Source of the DNA: a virus
Taxonomy: Duplodnaviria; Caudoviricetes
Virus record (IMG/VR): IMGVR_UViG_2832249651_000002
Location: 1 to 64,000 of that record
Reading direction: 5' to 3' (one strand)
DNA: 64,000 nt
In this document: in pieces, positions 49,501-58,276 of the stretch
How positions within the stretch are numbered: position 1 is the first letter of the stretch
How the letters are laid out: the number at the start of each line of letters is the position of its first letter
Made by a program: the position numbers and the translations under genes
The notes under the pieces: generated by a model
Told to the model about the DNA's origin: nothing
Database searches by the model: none
What the model saw: the letters and a program-made list of their open reading frames with translations, nothing else

Positions 49501-51389
49501 TTGTTTTTTAATAAATTAATTGTTTGAGATATATTAGGAACTTCAACTCCCAAACGTGTCATTACTGTTTGGAAGGTTTTTACAGTTGTTATAGTAGTTA
49601 ATGAGGAAAGTATAAAATCCTTTAACTCATCATCTAGATTATTTATAACATTTAATACACCAGTGCCACCGTCAACGAGTAATTTCAGGACATTATTTAA
49701 TCCAGCATCACCAATAGAAATAGCTAATTGTTCAACAGATGCTTTTAAAGACTCAGTTTTCTTCTCCAAGGTTTCCATAGTCTTAGCATTTTCTCTCATG
49801 GAGTAACCTTCTGCATCCATCATGTCATTAAGAATACCTTGAACGTTAGCAAGTCTCTCAATCATACCAATAAAATAATTTCTACGATAAACACCAGCAC
49901 TAGATTGAGCAATGTCACGTTTTTCAAGGTCATTATATTCTTCTCTAGCAAGGTTATATTTTTCTTGCATTCCTAAAGCAATGGCTAATTCTTCACTAAA
50001 TAATTCGGTGTCATCAGCAGCTTTAACAAAACCATCTTGAAATACTTCACCAGATGAATTCCATTGTGAAGCAATATCTTTAAAAATATCCATAATATTT
50101 CTAAATTGTGTTTTAGCCGTATCCGAAAACATTTGAATACCCATAGATTCGAGAGTGTCTATTGACTTCGGTCTTTGCATAAATGAAATTATAGAATTCA
50201 AAGCATTTCCGATTTCACTTCCAGCTCTTCCTGAAGCCTCACGCATAACAGTTAATAGTCCAATAGTTTCCTCAATAGACATATTCATATTCTTAGCAGC
50301 ACTAGAAGAACGGAGTAGACCATCCACGAGGTCTTGAGATGTTACTGAGTTGCTATCCGCTACTAGATTAATTTTGTCCATTACAAGAGCCATATCCTCG
50401 GCTTGAAGTTGCCATTGAGCCATGATACCAATCATAGACTCAGTAGCTTGAGTTGCATTAAGTTCAGCAGTATTAAGAGCGAGTAGGGAAGTCTTAGTTA
50501 ATTCTAAAGAATCAGCTACATTATATCCAGATTGAGACCATCTTAGAGCGATGCTCTGGACATTCTCAAAAGTTTGACCATAGTTAACAGCTAGTTTAAA
50601 TAATTCATCCCTATAATCTTTAAACACAAAGGAGCTGTCATCCATAACTCTTGAAATCTCAACCATGCCCATTTCAACATCTTTGATGGTAGTTAAAACT
50701 TCTTCTCCAGCTTTTTTAATGGTATAATACATGGCAGCATCAGCAAGCCATGAAGTATGGTTCTGTAAATCTTTACTAGGGGTATTGAAATTTTCTATTT
50801 GTTTATCATATATAGCAGAGTTTGTTTGAGCTTTTAATATATCAAGCTGTTCTTTTAATTGTTGAGTCTGCTTGACTTCCTCGGCAGATAATTTGCCTTC
50901 AGCTTGTAGTCTAGCTTGAATTACAGATAGTTGTTCTCTTAGGGTACCAGATTGCTTAGAATATTCTTCATTTAACCCTTTAGTAGTAGCTCTTTGGTGA
51001 ATAAATGCAGCCTGAGCCTTCATCTGTTCAAGAGTGCTTTCTTTTATACTAGATACTTGCTTGTCATATTCTTTATTCAATTTTAAAGCTTCAGTATGAG
51101 CTTTTTTCATGGCTTGAATAGAAGACTTTTCTAGTTCTTTATAATGTTGGCTAAGTTTTTTTATTTCATCAGAAGGTTGGAATTTATTTGTATCTTGAAA
51201 ATGTTGTTTCCAGAAAGCATCTTGACTCATTTTAATACTCTTGGCATTTTCTATTGCCTTGTTCTTTTGATTATCTAAATCTTTGTTAAGTTCTTGAATT
51301 CTCTTTTGAAACTCTTGAATAGACTCTATGGCAGGATTATAGTCCAATCCAAGACTAGCTATTATTTTTAAAAAGCTATCATCATTCAT
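46506..51389 (-). CDS. Tail tape measure protein
   Basis: ~1630 aa coiled coil with TP901-like core (G..IGNAL); start MNDDSF at 51389. Confidence 0.92.
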   Translation of the reverse strand: MNDDSFLKIIASLGLDYNPAIESIQEFQKRIQELNKDLDNQKNKAIENAKSIKMSQDAFWKQHFQDTNKFQPSDEIKKLSQHYKELEKSSIQAMKKAHTEALKLNKEYDKQVSSIKESTLEQMKAQAAFIHQRATTKGLNEEYSKQSGTLREQLSVIQARLQAEGKLSAEEVKQTQQLKEQLDILKAQTNSAIYDKQIENFNTPSKDLQNHTSWLADAAMYYTIKKAGEEVLTTIKDVEMGMVEISRVMDDSSFVFKDYRDELFKLAVNYGQTFENVQSIALRWSQSGYNVADSLELTKTSLLALNTAELNATQATESMIGIMAQWQLQAEDMALVMDKINLVADSNSVTSQDLVDGLLRSSSAAKNMNMSIEETIGLLTVMREASGRAGSEIGNALNSIISFMQRPKSIDTLESMGIQMFSDTAKTQFRNIMDIFKDIASQWNSSGEVFQDGFVKAADDTELFSEELAIALGMQEKYNLAREEYNDLEKRDIAQSSAGVYRRNYFIGMIERLANVQGILNDMMDAEGYSMRENAKTMETLEKKTESLKASVEQLAISIGDAGLNNVLKLLVDGGTGVLNVINNLDDELKDFILSSLTTITTVKTFQTVMTRLGVEVPNISQTINLLKNKIYELGDALNGGTAGMIAFAQANPLIALSATVGVVVAITNAIKKQREEQERAIEVFNQQKEIYSDLKSLLSTYEELANKSSLATDEQEKLATAKQKIIDLLPQSKSVIENESMSLSEQVSIIEKLNEEELKRLELKAQSIISGGEYNYQKDLEELERQKDMLKELEVLAKELTLKSLKTPLGSFESKELERYTKAIEKAKETISTLTMNTDSFQEAKKILTAIYEGNTESLIDNSNKANKNNEILQASKEITDALAKSFEDVTSKIQRYNSFLAELNSKEGLSAKSKQEIISKHQELLPYLDDEKELHKQLTAIIRQEEKVQKQAYADILMINEEFFNAKVKGNKELVDKLGEFYNKDLENVKSLAHAKEIVESNLIKNLSGKWAEYYNVLTTSNDEMEKHLVKGRLAQDMVSGNIDAINTLSAAKKYKEIEERFRNIALDISSVDFKGINLANVRDSKDGKYENKQLQEALKLLEHRKKISEETQASIKTEIAELNRINFLYVKTADERMDMAERIYSAEKRLRDRTLQDSINWINQKKNLNELSVEDEIAAWERVRKNQSNNIEAVKQATLNLYKLRNQVMTDSFSREENSIKHLTKLGLLSVDEQIKKYRELYEVKASTLSEEQSRIENLFDLYKKQISDQQKTIKEAHDKRIEQIEEEAKKKKSIHEDEIKAIEKELELLSRQEDEYDHDKKMADLKEQLAYWQVRTSEDARKKVTELLKQIDEAEHKREVDLKKQSLEDKKKVLQDEVKSVEDTAREEREKLDKSYKQIEIAFDEHSINLIALASTMSKGMFEEFQKNYLIPLENALRDGDYNSIGSIVDGINDYGNSLSDYGDRYSQDKYSKHDWGMTDADYLRFQSNGEKWKELQRQGFSHSNNAEMQRLQAENDRLRIKYGRDPNLGEYPEFHTGAKTLSYGVAMFKPGELVFPPDLSTRLETLIDVLYQRPMSQSSSSLTDNRKEIKIDKLLNIERNYMEDDIDSEILVRQLQRSLTSL

Positions 51390-51501
51390 GCAGTCACCAA
51401 CTTTCGGGTATAAAAAAACCACTCATTTGAATTTGAGTGGCTTTAATGTAATTTTTCAGCATTATTTTTAAGTAATAGAAAAGAAGTGTCTTATAACACT
51501 T

Positions 51502-52011
51502 CTAATTAATGAAATTATTAGTTTCCTCTAATAATGTTTCTATTTTATCTTTAAAATCTTCTAATTGTTCAGTATAATATTCTGCTGTATTTTTTCTTTT
51601 TAATCCCATTTCTTCATTAGTTTTATCGAGGTCATATTCTGATTTAATAATTTGTAATTTACCAGATGCTATTGCTATTTCCATCATATGCTTCAATACA
51701 TTCACTTCTTCAACGGTGTAGCTTGTTGGAGAGTTCATGAATTCATCTCGTAAGGGTGCAACTTTATTCTCTACATATGCATTAAATTCACTATCAATGG
51801 TTTGATTTTCGGCTTCTAGTACAGTGGAATGTACTTTTATTAATCCATCTACCAAGTTTAAGAAAACTGCTGCTATCATACTGTCTATTTCTGAGTATTC
51901 CTCTTTAAATTTATAATCAAATTCGTATGCTATAGTTTCTTTTTTATCGCTACAACCAAACAAACTCATTGACACAATTAAAACTAAGATCATAGATAAT
52001 ATCTTCTTCAT
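51502..52011 (-). CDS. Lipoprotein moron (superinfection-exclusion candidate)
   Basis: MKK-hydrophobic-LFGC lipobox; own promoter and terminator. Confidence 0.75.
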   Translation of the reverse strand: MKKILSMILVLIVSMSLFGCSDKKETIAYEFDYKFKEEYSEIDSMIAAVFLNLVDGLIKVHSTVLEAENQTIDSEFNAYVENKVAPLRDEFMNSPTSYTVEEVNVLKHMMEIAIASGKLQIIKSEYDLDKTNEEMGLKRKNTAEYYTEQLEDFKDKIETLLEETNNFIN

Positions 52012-52032
52012 AAAATCTCCCCCTTTCCCATA

Positions 52033-52061
52033 ATTTTACATTAAGAGCAGAGGAATATCAA
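52033..52061 (-). promoter_or_regulatory. Sigma-A promoter of the lipoprotein gene
   Basis: TTGATA-17-TAAAAT. Confidence 0.6.
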
Positions 52062-52087
52062 TATAATAGAATAATCTTATCGTATAC

Positions 52088-52393
52088 TTAATTAAAAGCA
52101 TTTGCAAAAGACATAAATTGACTTAATTTAGGTGGAGAGTCTGCCCTTGGCTCACTAGTTACAGTATGAGATAGGGTAGAGGAGCCAAATATATTTGGAA
52201 CACCTATTTTAATTGGAATATTTCTTCCAATACTTTTACGATAATTATTTATTTGTGGGAGCGTTAAGTAGGGGATTTCACTATGAGAAATACTTGTATG
52301 GCAAACTAAATCCCCAAAGATTTCTCCCCAATCAGGGGAGGTATTGTCGCCCTCCCCATCTTTTTTATCATCAGGAGAGGGCGAGGTTAGCCC
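52088..52393 (-). CDS. gpT-like -1 frame extension of the tail assembly chaperone
   Basis: 101 open codons lacking an early start, DWGEIFGDL...IPYLTLPQI. Confidence 0.65.
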   Translation of the reverse strand, partial: GLTSPSPDDKKDGEGDNTSPDWGEIFGDLVCHTSISHSEIPYLTLPQINNYRKSIGRNIPIKIGVPNIFGSSTLSHTVTSEPRADSPPKLSQFMSFANAFN

Positions 52394-52758
52394 GACAAGT
52401 CACACAGTTTCTTGAAATATCTCTTATAATCAACAACATCCCAGCCATCAGCCATAGTCTTTTCAAGTGACATAGGTTCGTTGTTTTCATCAAATAAATA
52501 CACAATAGTTATGTCTTTACCTAAAATCTTAGCAGTGACTTTTTCGCCACCAAGCCATTTGTTCATAGCCTTTTTAGACTTTTCATCAGATAAATTGAAG
52601 ATCTGATTTTCGCCCATGAAAAGTTGCTCTTTTCTAAACATTTCTATATGAGCAGATGCAATAGGTAACATAGTATACTGTTTTCCTTTAGCTTCAAACT
52701 CAACCCCACTCCCAAGCATAGCTTCTAGGGAAGTAGGGGTATTATCATCTTTACTCAT
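52387..52758 (-). CDS. Tail assembly chaperone (gpG-like)
   Basis: Lies between major tail and tape measure genes. Confidence 0.75.
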   Translation of the reverse strand: MSKDDNTPTSLEAMLGSGVEFEAKGKQYTMLPIASAHIEMFRKEQLFMGENQIFNLSDEKSKKAMNKWLGGEKVTAKILGKDITIVYLFDENNEPMSLEKTMADGWDVVDYKRYFKKLCDLSG

Positions 52759-52782
52759 CTAAATTACCTCCTTGACCTAAAT

Positions 52783-53610
52783 TTAATTGCATTCTCCATT
52801 TCTTTTAGCAAACTTAAAGTCTACAGCCTTATCACCACGAGGTTTTAATACCTGTAAAGTGATAGTTTGAGGTGCAGGAGTTTTGCTTAATGGTGGAGGA
52901 TTTATTGTTCCAACAGCTTTAGCTCTATCTATGATGATATTTGCATCATAAGCAGTAGCTTCATCATCACCCATAGCCTCACCAGATACAATTGCTCTAA
53001 AGGCATAAGGAGTACCAGATTTAGGGAAGTTAAAGCCTACAGCTTCTAGAGCCAACCAGTCATAAGCAAAGTATGCAGCTTTTCCAGCATCATCTTCGTG
53101 GAAAGTGACGACATTATCTTTAATTGTTACTTTGCCTTTCGCTAATGGTGGATCAGGTACTTCCTCTGTGGGTTTTATAATTTCAAAATGAGTACCTTCA
53201 TAATCTACAATCAGTACGCTTCCTGCGACAGGTTCATGAAGTAATTTAACTTCATAAGGAGCTTTTTCAGGAATGATGGCTTCATAATCAGACATAGTCA
53301 TAGTTGTATTGGTTAGTTTTTCAACCTCAGTTCCCATTAAAAATGCATAAAGTTCAGGGGACATAAAAGATAACTCAACAGCGATAGAACCTTCTCTACC
53401 AGTTACAGGTTGAGCAGCAGGCCAGTCAGAGTTTCCGTCTGGTAGGGCTTGTGTATTAGTGGTAACATTTGGAGTAATGGAAACAACTGCCCCATGATGG
53501 AATACTGCGTCACCTTTAGCCCTAGAAGGCTTTCCACATCTGTATCTTTCTAATAAAAGGCTTCCAGCTTTGTTAAAAAATATCGGTTGCATATAAGCAC
53601 ATCCTTTCAA
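52783..53610 (-). CDS. Major tail tube protein
   Basis: Size, position and beta-rich pattern. Confidence 0.7.
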   Translation of the reverse strand: MKGCAYMQPIFFNKAGSLLLERYRCGKPSRAKGDAVFHHGAVVSITPNVTTNTQALPDGNSDWPAAQPVTGREGSIAVELSFMSPELYAFLMGTEVEKLTNTTMTMSDYEAIIPEKAPYEVKLLHEPVAGSVLIVDYEGTHFEIIKPTEEVPDPPLAKGKVTIKDNVVTFHEDDAGKAAYFAYDWLALEAVGFNFPKSGTPYAFRAIVSGEAMGDDEATAYDANIIIDRAKAVGTINPPPLSKTPAPQTITLQVLKPRGDKAVDFKFAKRNGECN

Positions 53611-54026
53611 ATTGTTCTATGAAATTCAAATCTACTCCCACAACAAAAAAAGCCTTGCATGGTTGGGAGTTCACCAAGCTGGCCACCAAAATAGGTATAT
53701 CTTTTATTTATTCTTTTCTTGTGTAAAAGCTTTTCAACTCTTTCTTGTATTCTCCAAGATTTATAATCTTCAACGGCAGGGACATGAACATCAATCTCAA
53801 TTACAGACTGAATGAAACTTTCATTCCTAGCTCTTCTATCAGGAACAAAGAAAATACAAAGTCTTTTTTCGTTAGTAGCCAAATCATTCCATTGACTTCT
53901 TTTAATAATTCTTTTAGCAATCTCTATTCTGGATTTACCTTCTAGATCAAGTAACTTTAAAATTTCCTTATCAGCCATAATAATATTTTGTATGGCCGTC
54001 AAATCTTTCTCAGGAGTAAAAGCCAT
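53607..54026 (-). CDS. Tail terminator-like protein
   Basis: IEIDVHVP; directly before the major tail gene. Confidence 0.6.
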   Translation of the reverse strand: MAFTPEKDLTAIQNIIMADKEILKLLDLEGKSRIEIAKRIIKRSQWNDLATNEKRLCIFFVPDRRARNESFIQSVIEIDVHVPAVEDYKSWRIQERVEKLLHKKRINKRYTYFGGQLGELPTMQGFFCCGSRFEFHRTI

Positions 54027-54072
54027 AAAAAATCACCACCTTTGGGCATAAAAATATCCCCAAGGTTGGGGA

Positions 54073-54260
54073 TTAAATAAATTTGATTTCTTTTGGGTTA
54101 AATACAAAACATGATTCTACCTTTAAAGGGCAGTCATCAAGTTTAATAATCATCCAACACTTCCAAATGCAGTTCTTGTGACATCCTCTATAACACCAGT
54201 TTCCCTATAGTGAGGGTGATTACTATCAATGATTTTTACCTTCTTGCCAATAATGTTCAT
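54073..54260 (-). CDS. Small KOW/SH3-like protein (1-nt deletion near 54153)
   Basis: GAGGT RBS; IIGKKVKIIDSNHPHYRETGVIEDV. Confidence 0.45.
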
Positions 54261-54270
54261 TTCTCAAACC

Positions 54271-54822
54271 TCACTTATTATAAGTTATGATAAACCTTTG
54301 AAACGGAAAATCCTTAATTGTTTCTTTGATTTTTTCTTTAAACCTACCGTTTTTCATCCACCTCATGGCAGTCTGCAGAGCATGAGAGGGTGGAGTGGGG
54401 GAGACTTTTCCAGCTTCTTCAAGGTCAAATCCACCTTTGCCACGACCACGAACAGGATTACCAAATATATCTACTTGCCCTGCAACATCTGGTCTAGTCC
54501 TAATCTTGTTATCATGCCTAGCAGGGTTCCAAGCAGGACTATTCTTGTAGGCTTCCAAAGCAGGGTTGGAAGTATCCATTAATGAACCACTTCCAAATTC
54601 GTCGAGTATAGCCCAAGCACCACCAGCAATACTAGCAGTGATAACATTAGCAATATCAGTTATTTCTTCATCATGTAAACTTTCTTTACCTTCAGGAGTT
54701 TGCATACCTTGTTTAGCTTCATTGAGCAATTCTTGTTGTAAATCCTTCATAGCATCAATTAAACTTTTTCTAAAGGCAGTAATACAGCCTTGACTATCAA
54801 ATCTAATTGACATATCAATCAC
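54271..54822 (-). CDS. Neck / tail completion protein (HK97 gp10-like)
   Basis: A..DEFGSG motif, position. Confidence 0.6.
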   Translation of the reverse strand: MIDMSIRFDSQGCITAFRKSLIDAMKDLQQELLNEAKQGMQTPEGKESLHDEEITDIANVITASIAGGAWAILDEFGSGSLMDTSNPALEAYKNSPAWNPARHDNKIRTRPDVAGQVDIFGNPVRGRGKGGFDLEEAGKVSPTPPSHALQTAMRWMKNGRFKEKIKETIKDFPFQRFIITYNK

Positions 54823-55094
54823 CTAACCCTATAGTCAAAAGCAGTTAGTTTTATTAATTCAAGAAAATCTTCTAATTCAGAATAGGTAAGATTCATTTTT
54901 CTTGCTATTTCTAATACTTTATCTATATTAGATTGAACAAATGAGCCAGTTCTTTTGGTCATTACTTTGTCCTCATTTATCAAATCACCAGATGATAGTG
55001 ATTCAAATAACTCAACACGTCTTTCACTTAGACTATTGACAGGAAACATTCCAGTTTCATACTGTGGAAATCTATCAATACGTTGCTTAGTCAT
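54819..55094 (-). CDS. Hypothetical protein
   Basis: GGAGGT RBS. Confidence 0.5.
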   Translation of the reverse strand: MTKQRIDRFPQYETGMFPVNSLSERRVELFESLSSGDLINEDKVMTKRTGSFVQSNIDKVLEIARKMNLTYSELEDFLELIKLTAFDYRVR

Positions 55095-55468
55095 TATAAA
55101 ACACCTCCCATCATCAATTCTTGCATTAACGTATTACCTTTCTGCATATATCCCTTTTGTTTCTTATCCCAATTTTTCTTATACTTTGGAATATTAAATG
55201 GTGGGGCAGAGGTGCGACTTTTCATAGCCATACATAAAATACCAGCCAAATAATAAATGCCTGCTTGTTGAAGTTGATTATATTTCTGTTCAGTATCAAT
55301 CTTTTTGCCTGTTGCAGTTAGTTTATCCATAGCAGGAGCAAGTAACATTTTCATCCCACCAATATTGGCATCTGCATCTATAACACTATTTGGAAGAATT
55401 TCTTCATTTAAACTTAGCATTTTTCTAACTTTATCATGATATCCTTCACCTAGATATTCTTTATACAT
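55094..55468 (-). CDS. Head-tail adaptor paralogue
   Basis: VR..L...EILPNSVI; resembles the 56068-56498 protein. Confidence 0.55.
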   Translation of the reverse strand: MYKEYLGEGYHDKVRKMLSLNEEILPNSVIDADANIGGMKMLLAPAMDKLTATGKKIDTEQKYNQLQQAGIYYLAGILCMAMKSRTSAPPFNIPKYKKNWDKKQKGYMQKGNTLMQELMMGGVL

Positions 55469-55492
55469 AAAATTACCTCCATAATTTTATTT

Positions 55493-56080
55493 TTAATCAG
55501 TCCTTATATCTACAGCTAATTGTATTCTATCGACACCTTCAAGACCGACATTATCTATAGAGACAACTTCATAATTCTTTCCACTATGAACAAATCTATC
55601 AAGCATTATTACTCCTAGAGTTTTAGGAACTTGAAAGATATATATTGTATTATCCAATAATCCTGGTTCTTCTTGTCTGATTCTAGATGTAACAATCTCG
55701 CCATAACAAGCCACATCAGGATTGATAGTTTCCCATACTTGAATAATATTATTGCTATCGTCTATTTCTTCAACATCTCTTTTGTGTTGGATAGTAGCAT
55801 TACACTTAGCAGAGAAGAAAGCATATTCCATAGATGCAGGATCATAGTTAGTAGATTGTACTAGATACTTATTATCTCTAATAGTAATGATTTCGCCACT
55901 TTTAAGGTTAGAGTCAGCAAGAATTAATCCTTCCCAGTAACTTTCACGAATACCTAAATCTCTACTTGCTTTTGTGGAACGCTTAATTGACACTTTGGTG
56001 CTAATAGGAGGGACCCTATCAATGATACAGTCCTGTCCTTTAGAGTTTAGAAATTTTTCAGCATAACTCATATTAGCCAC
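55493..56080 (-). CDS. Head closure / head-tail joining protein
   Basis: Two beta-barrel-like repeats, DRF...YEVVSID. Confidence 0.6.
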   Translation of the reverse strand: MANMSYAEKFLNSKGQDCIIDRVPPISTKVSIKRSTKASRDLGIRESYWEGLILADSNLKSGEIITIRDNKYLVQSTNYDPASMEYAFFSAKCNATIQHKRDVEEIDDSNNIIQVWETINPDVACYGEIVTSRIRQEEPGLLDNTIYIFQVPKTLGVIMLDRFVHSGKNYEVVSIDNVGLEGVDRIQLAVDIRTD

Positions 56081-56498
56081 TTCCTGCTAGGGAAAGTAAC
56101 AGTAAAGTGGGGAATAGAAGAGGGGAGAGCATCAGGAAATTCTAGTTCTATAATCTTGCCGATATAATTATCTCTTTCCTCTTGAAATTCAGCTTTCTTT
56201 TTAGACCAATCAATCCATAATTCATGACTTGCATGAGGACCAGACTCTTTCTTGGGTAATCTAGCAGCCATAGAAGGGGAGAGAAGTATACAACATTCCA
56301 ATACAACCGCATATTCAAGATAAGTTTTGCTATCACCGTCTAGGTAGAGTAGTCAGGTATCATGGATATTATATTAGCTTCAGCTACATCTATACAGTCT
56401 GGTTGTTCAATAACAGAATCGGGAAGATAGGCATCATCAACACCCATCTTATCCCTAATTCTTTGTTGCCAATTATCTTTTAAAATCCTATTTTCCAT
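56068..56498 (-). CDS. Head-tail adaptor (1-nt deletion near 56341)
   Basis: MENRILKDNWQQRIRDKMGVDDAYLPDSVI; frame restored by one C; follows the capsid gene. Confidence 0.65.
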
Positions 56499-56513
56499 AG
56501 GGAATCACCCCCA

Positions 56514-57623
56514 TTAATTGAGAGTAAGTATCTTAGCACTCTCTTTAAAGATCTTTCTAAATCCACTATTTTCAGAAACAGTCATTTCCTTAGTTTGGTT
56601 AATTATGTTGATATCAGATTCTTTGATTGTTGAGTTAAGCTCATAAACCTCTTCAATAGTGTTTTCTTTATTTAAAGCATAAATAGCCTCAGCATTATTG
56701 ACCTTATCTATCCTTGGGCTATACAATAAAGTAAAGTCTGATATTAAGTTTTGTGGCATATTGACTGATATTCCTAAGCCTTGCTTAATCATTTGGTCTA
56801 TTTGTCCTGCATTTTCCATTGTTGGATAGAGTATATCTAAAATTTGCATAAATGCTTTCTTATTAGCTATAACAGTATTAGCACCACCAACATCTTCAAA
56901 GCTTAACATGAAGTCAATAAATACATCTCTAGTAAGATTAGTTGTACCTGTAGATATGTCACTAGATTTTATTACTTGAGCTGCATTGTTGTTACCATCA
57001 CCATTCTTGATTACATCTAGAATTTCATTTGTTTTATTCATTGCTGCATATATTCCAATTAAGTTAATATGTCTTTGGAAGATTTCAAGACTAGTTCTTC
57101 TTAAAGCTTCGTAAGATATACCTACAGCTCTACCATATTTATAAAGCTTAATTACAGACTCACCAAGTTTTAATACCGCCTTTGGCAAGTCAGCACCTTC
57201 TGCAACTCTTCTCATTTCTAATGCTTTCTTATTCTTAGCATCATTCAAATCAAGATATGAAGCTTCATAAACACTACCCTCAATACCAGTCCTAACTCCT
57301 ACTAAATGTTTATAAAGAGGATATTCTGTCATGCTTCTTACAAGGGTTCTTGCTACATACTCAGGGAATAGAACTTTATTTTCATTGGTTCTATAGAATG
57401 CTTCAACAGTTGAAGCCATCATATTTCTAGATGGAACAGATTTAGTTAATATCCCAGCTTCTTTCATCAATCTTTCAAAAGCATCTAATTGATCTGTTTC
57501 AGAACTAGGATTTAATGTTTCAAGATACATTGATAATGTCATGTTTTGTTTAAAAGCCTCCTGATACATTTCAGGCTTTAAATTGTTTAAAGTAAATTTC
57601 ATACTATATTCATCTCCTTTCAA
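56514..57623 (-). CDS. Major capsid protein
   Basis: RVAEGADLP, KLYKYGRA..ISYE HK97-fold motifs. Confidence 0.88.
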   Translation of the reverse strand: MKGDEYSMKFTLNNLKPEMYQEAFKQNMTLSMYLETLNPSSETDQLDAFERLMKEAGILTKSVPSRNMMASTVEAFYRTNENKVLFPEYVARTLVRSMTEYPLYKHLVGVRTGIEGSVYEASYLDLNDAKNKKALEMRRVAEGADLPKAVLKLGESVIKLYKYGRAVGISYEALRRTSLEIFQRHINLIGIYAAMNKTNEILDVIKNGDGNNNAAQVIKSSDISTGTTNLTRDVFIDFMLSFEDVGGANTVIANKKAFMQILDILYPTMENAGQIDQMIKQGLGISVNMPQNLISDFTLLYSPRIDKVNNAEAIYALNKENTIEEVYELNSTIKESDINIINQTKEMTVSENSGFRKIFKESAKILTLN

Positions 57624-57624
57624 A

Positions 57625-58020
57625 TTAACCTAAAAATACAGTTGCTAATTCTTCAGTTTCATCAACTTCAATAAAGATAGGATTTCTTAATTTTGCAGTA
57701 GAAGAACTATCTTTAATCTTTCCTGTTCCGTCTACAGCTGCAATTTTACCAATGGTAGGAGCAATAGCACCTATAGGAACATCAGTCCTAAATCCTCTGA
57801 ATTGAACAGTGCAATGACCGTCCATTTCATAAACATCAATAAATCCAAATACAGTGTCACTATCAGTTCCTAAATCAACTGTTCCAGCACCACTTACAAC
57901 AACAGGTACACCAACAACTGCATCTCTGCCTTTCTCTTTAACTAATGCTTTAATTCCAGCACCAGCCTTAAATGTAGCAGCTTGAAAACCTATACCTTCA
58001 AAACTAATTCCACCTCTCAT
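57625..58020 (-). CDS. Capsid decoration/cement protein
   Basis: Small Gly/Ala/Val-rich protein before the capsid gene. Confidence 0.65.
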   Translation of the reverse strand: MRGGISFEGIGFQAATFKAGAGIKALVKEKGRDAVVGVPVVVSGAGTVDLGTDSDTVFGFIDVYEMDGHCTVQFRGFRTDVPIGAIAPTIGKIAAVDGTGKIKDSSSTAKLRNPIFIEVDETEELATVFLG

Positions 58021-58079
58021 AAATTACACTTCCTTTCTTAAATTTGGGCATAAAAATAACCACTGTTTAAGTGGCTTGC

Positions 58080-58256
58080 CTATTTGTTGTTTAAATCTTT
58101 TTCTAATGCTTCAATTGTTTTGACTATCTCATTTTTTCTTTGTTTTTCTTCGGACAGACTGTTTTCAAGTCGATTAATTTGGAAATCAACATCAAGCAGA
58201 TTTCTTCTTTCACAAGAAAGTCTATCTTCTAACATTTTTTTAGTAATCTCTTGCAT
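58080..58256 (-). CDS. Small coiled-coil protein (58 aa)
   Basis: GGAGG RBS, MQEITKKMLEDRL. Confidence 0.55.
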   Translation of the reverse strand: MQEITKKMLEDRLSCERRNLLDVDFQINRLENSLSEEKQRKNEIVKTIEALEKDLNNK

Positions 58257-58276
58257 ATTAATGCCTCCTATATTTT

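Noticed and set aside
52213-52470. Plus-strand ORF, and the many other short ORFs antisense to real genes
   Set aside because: Shadow ORFs without RBS or protein-like composition
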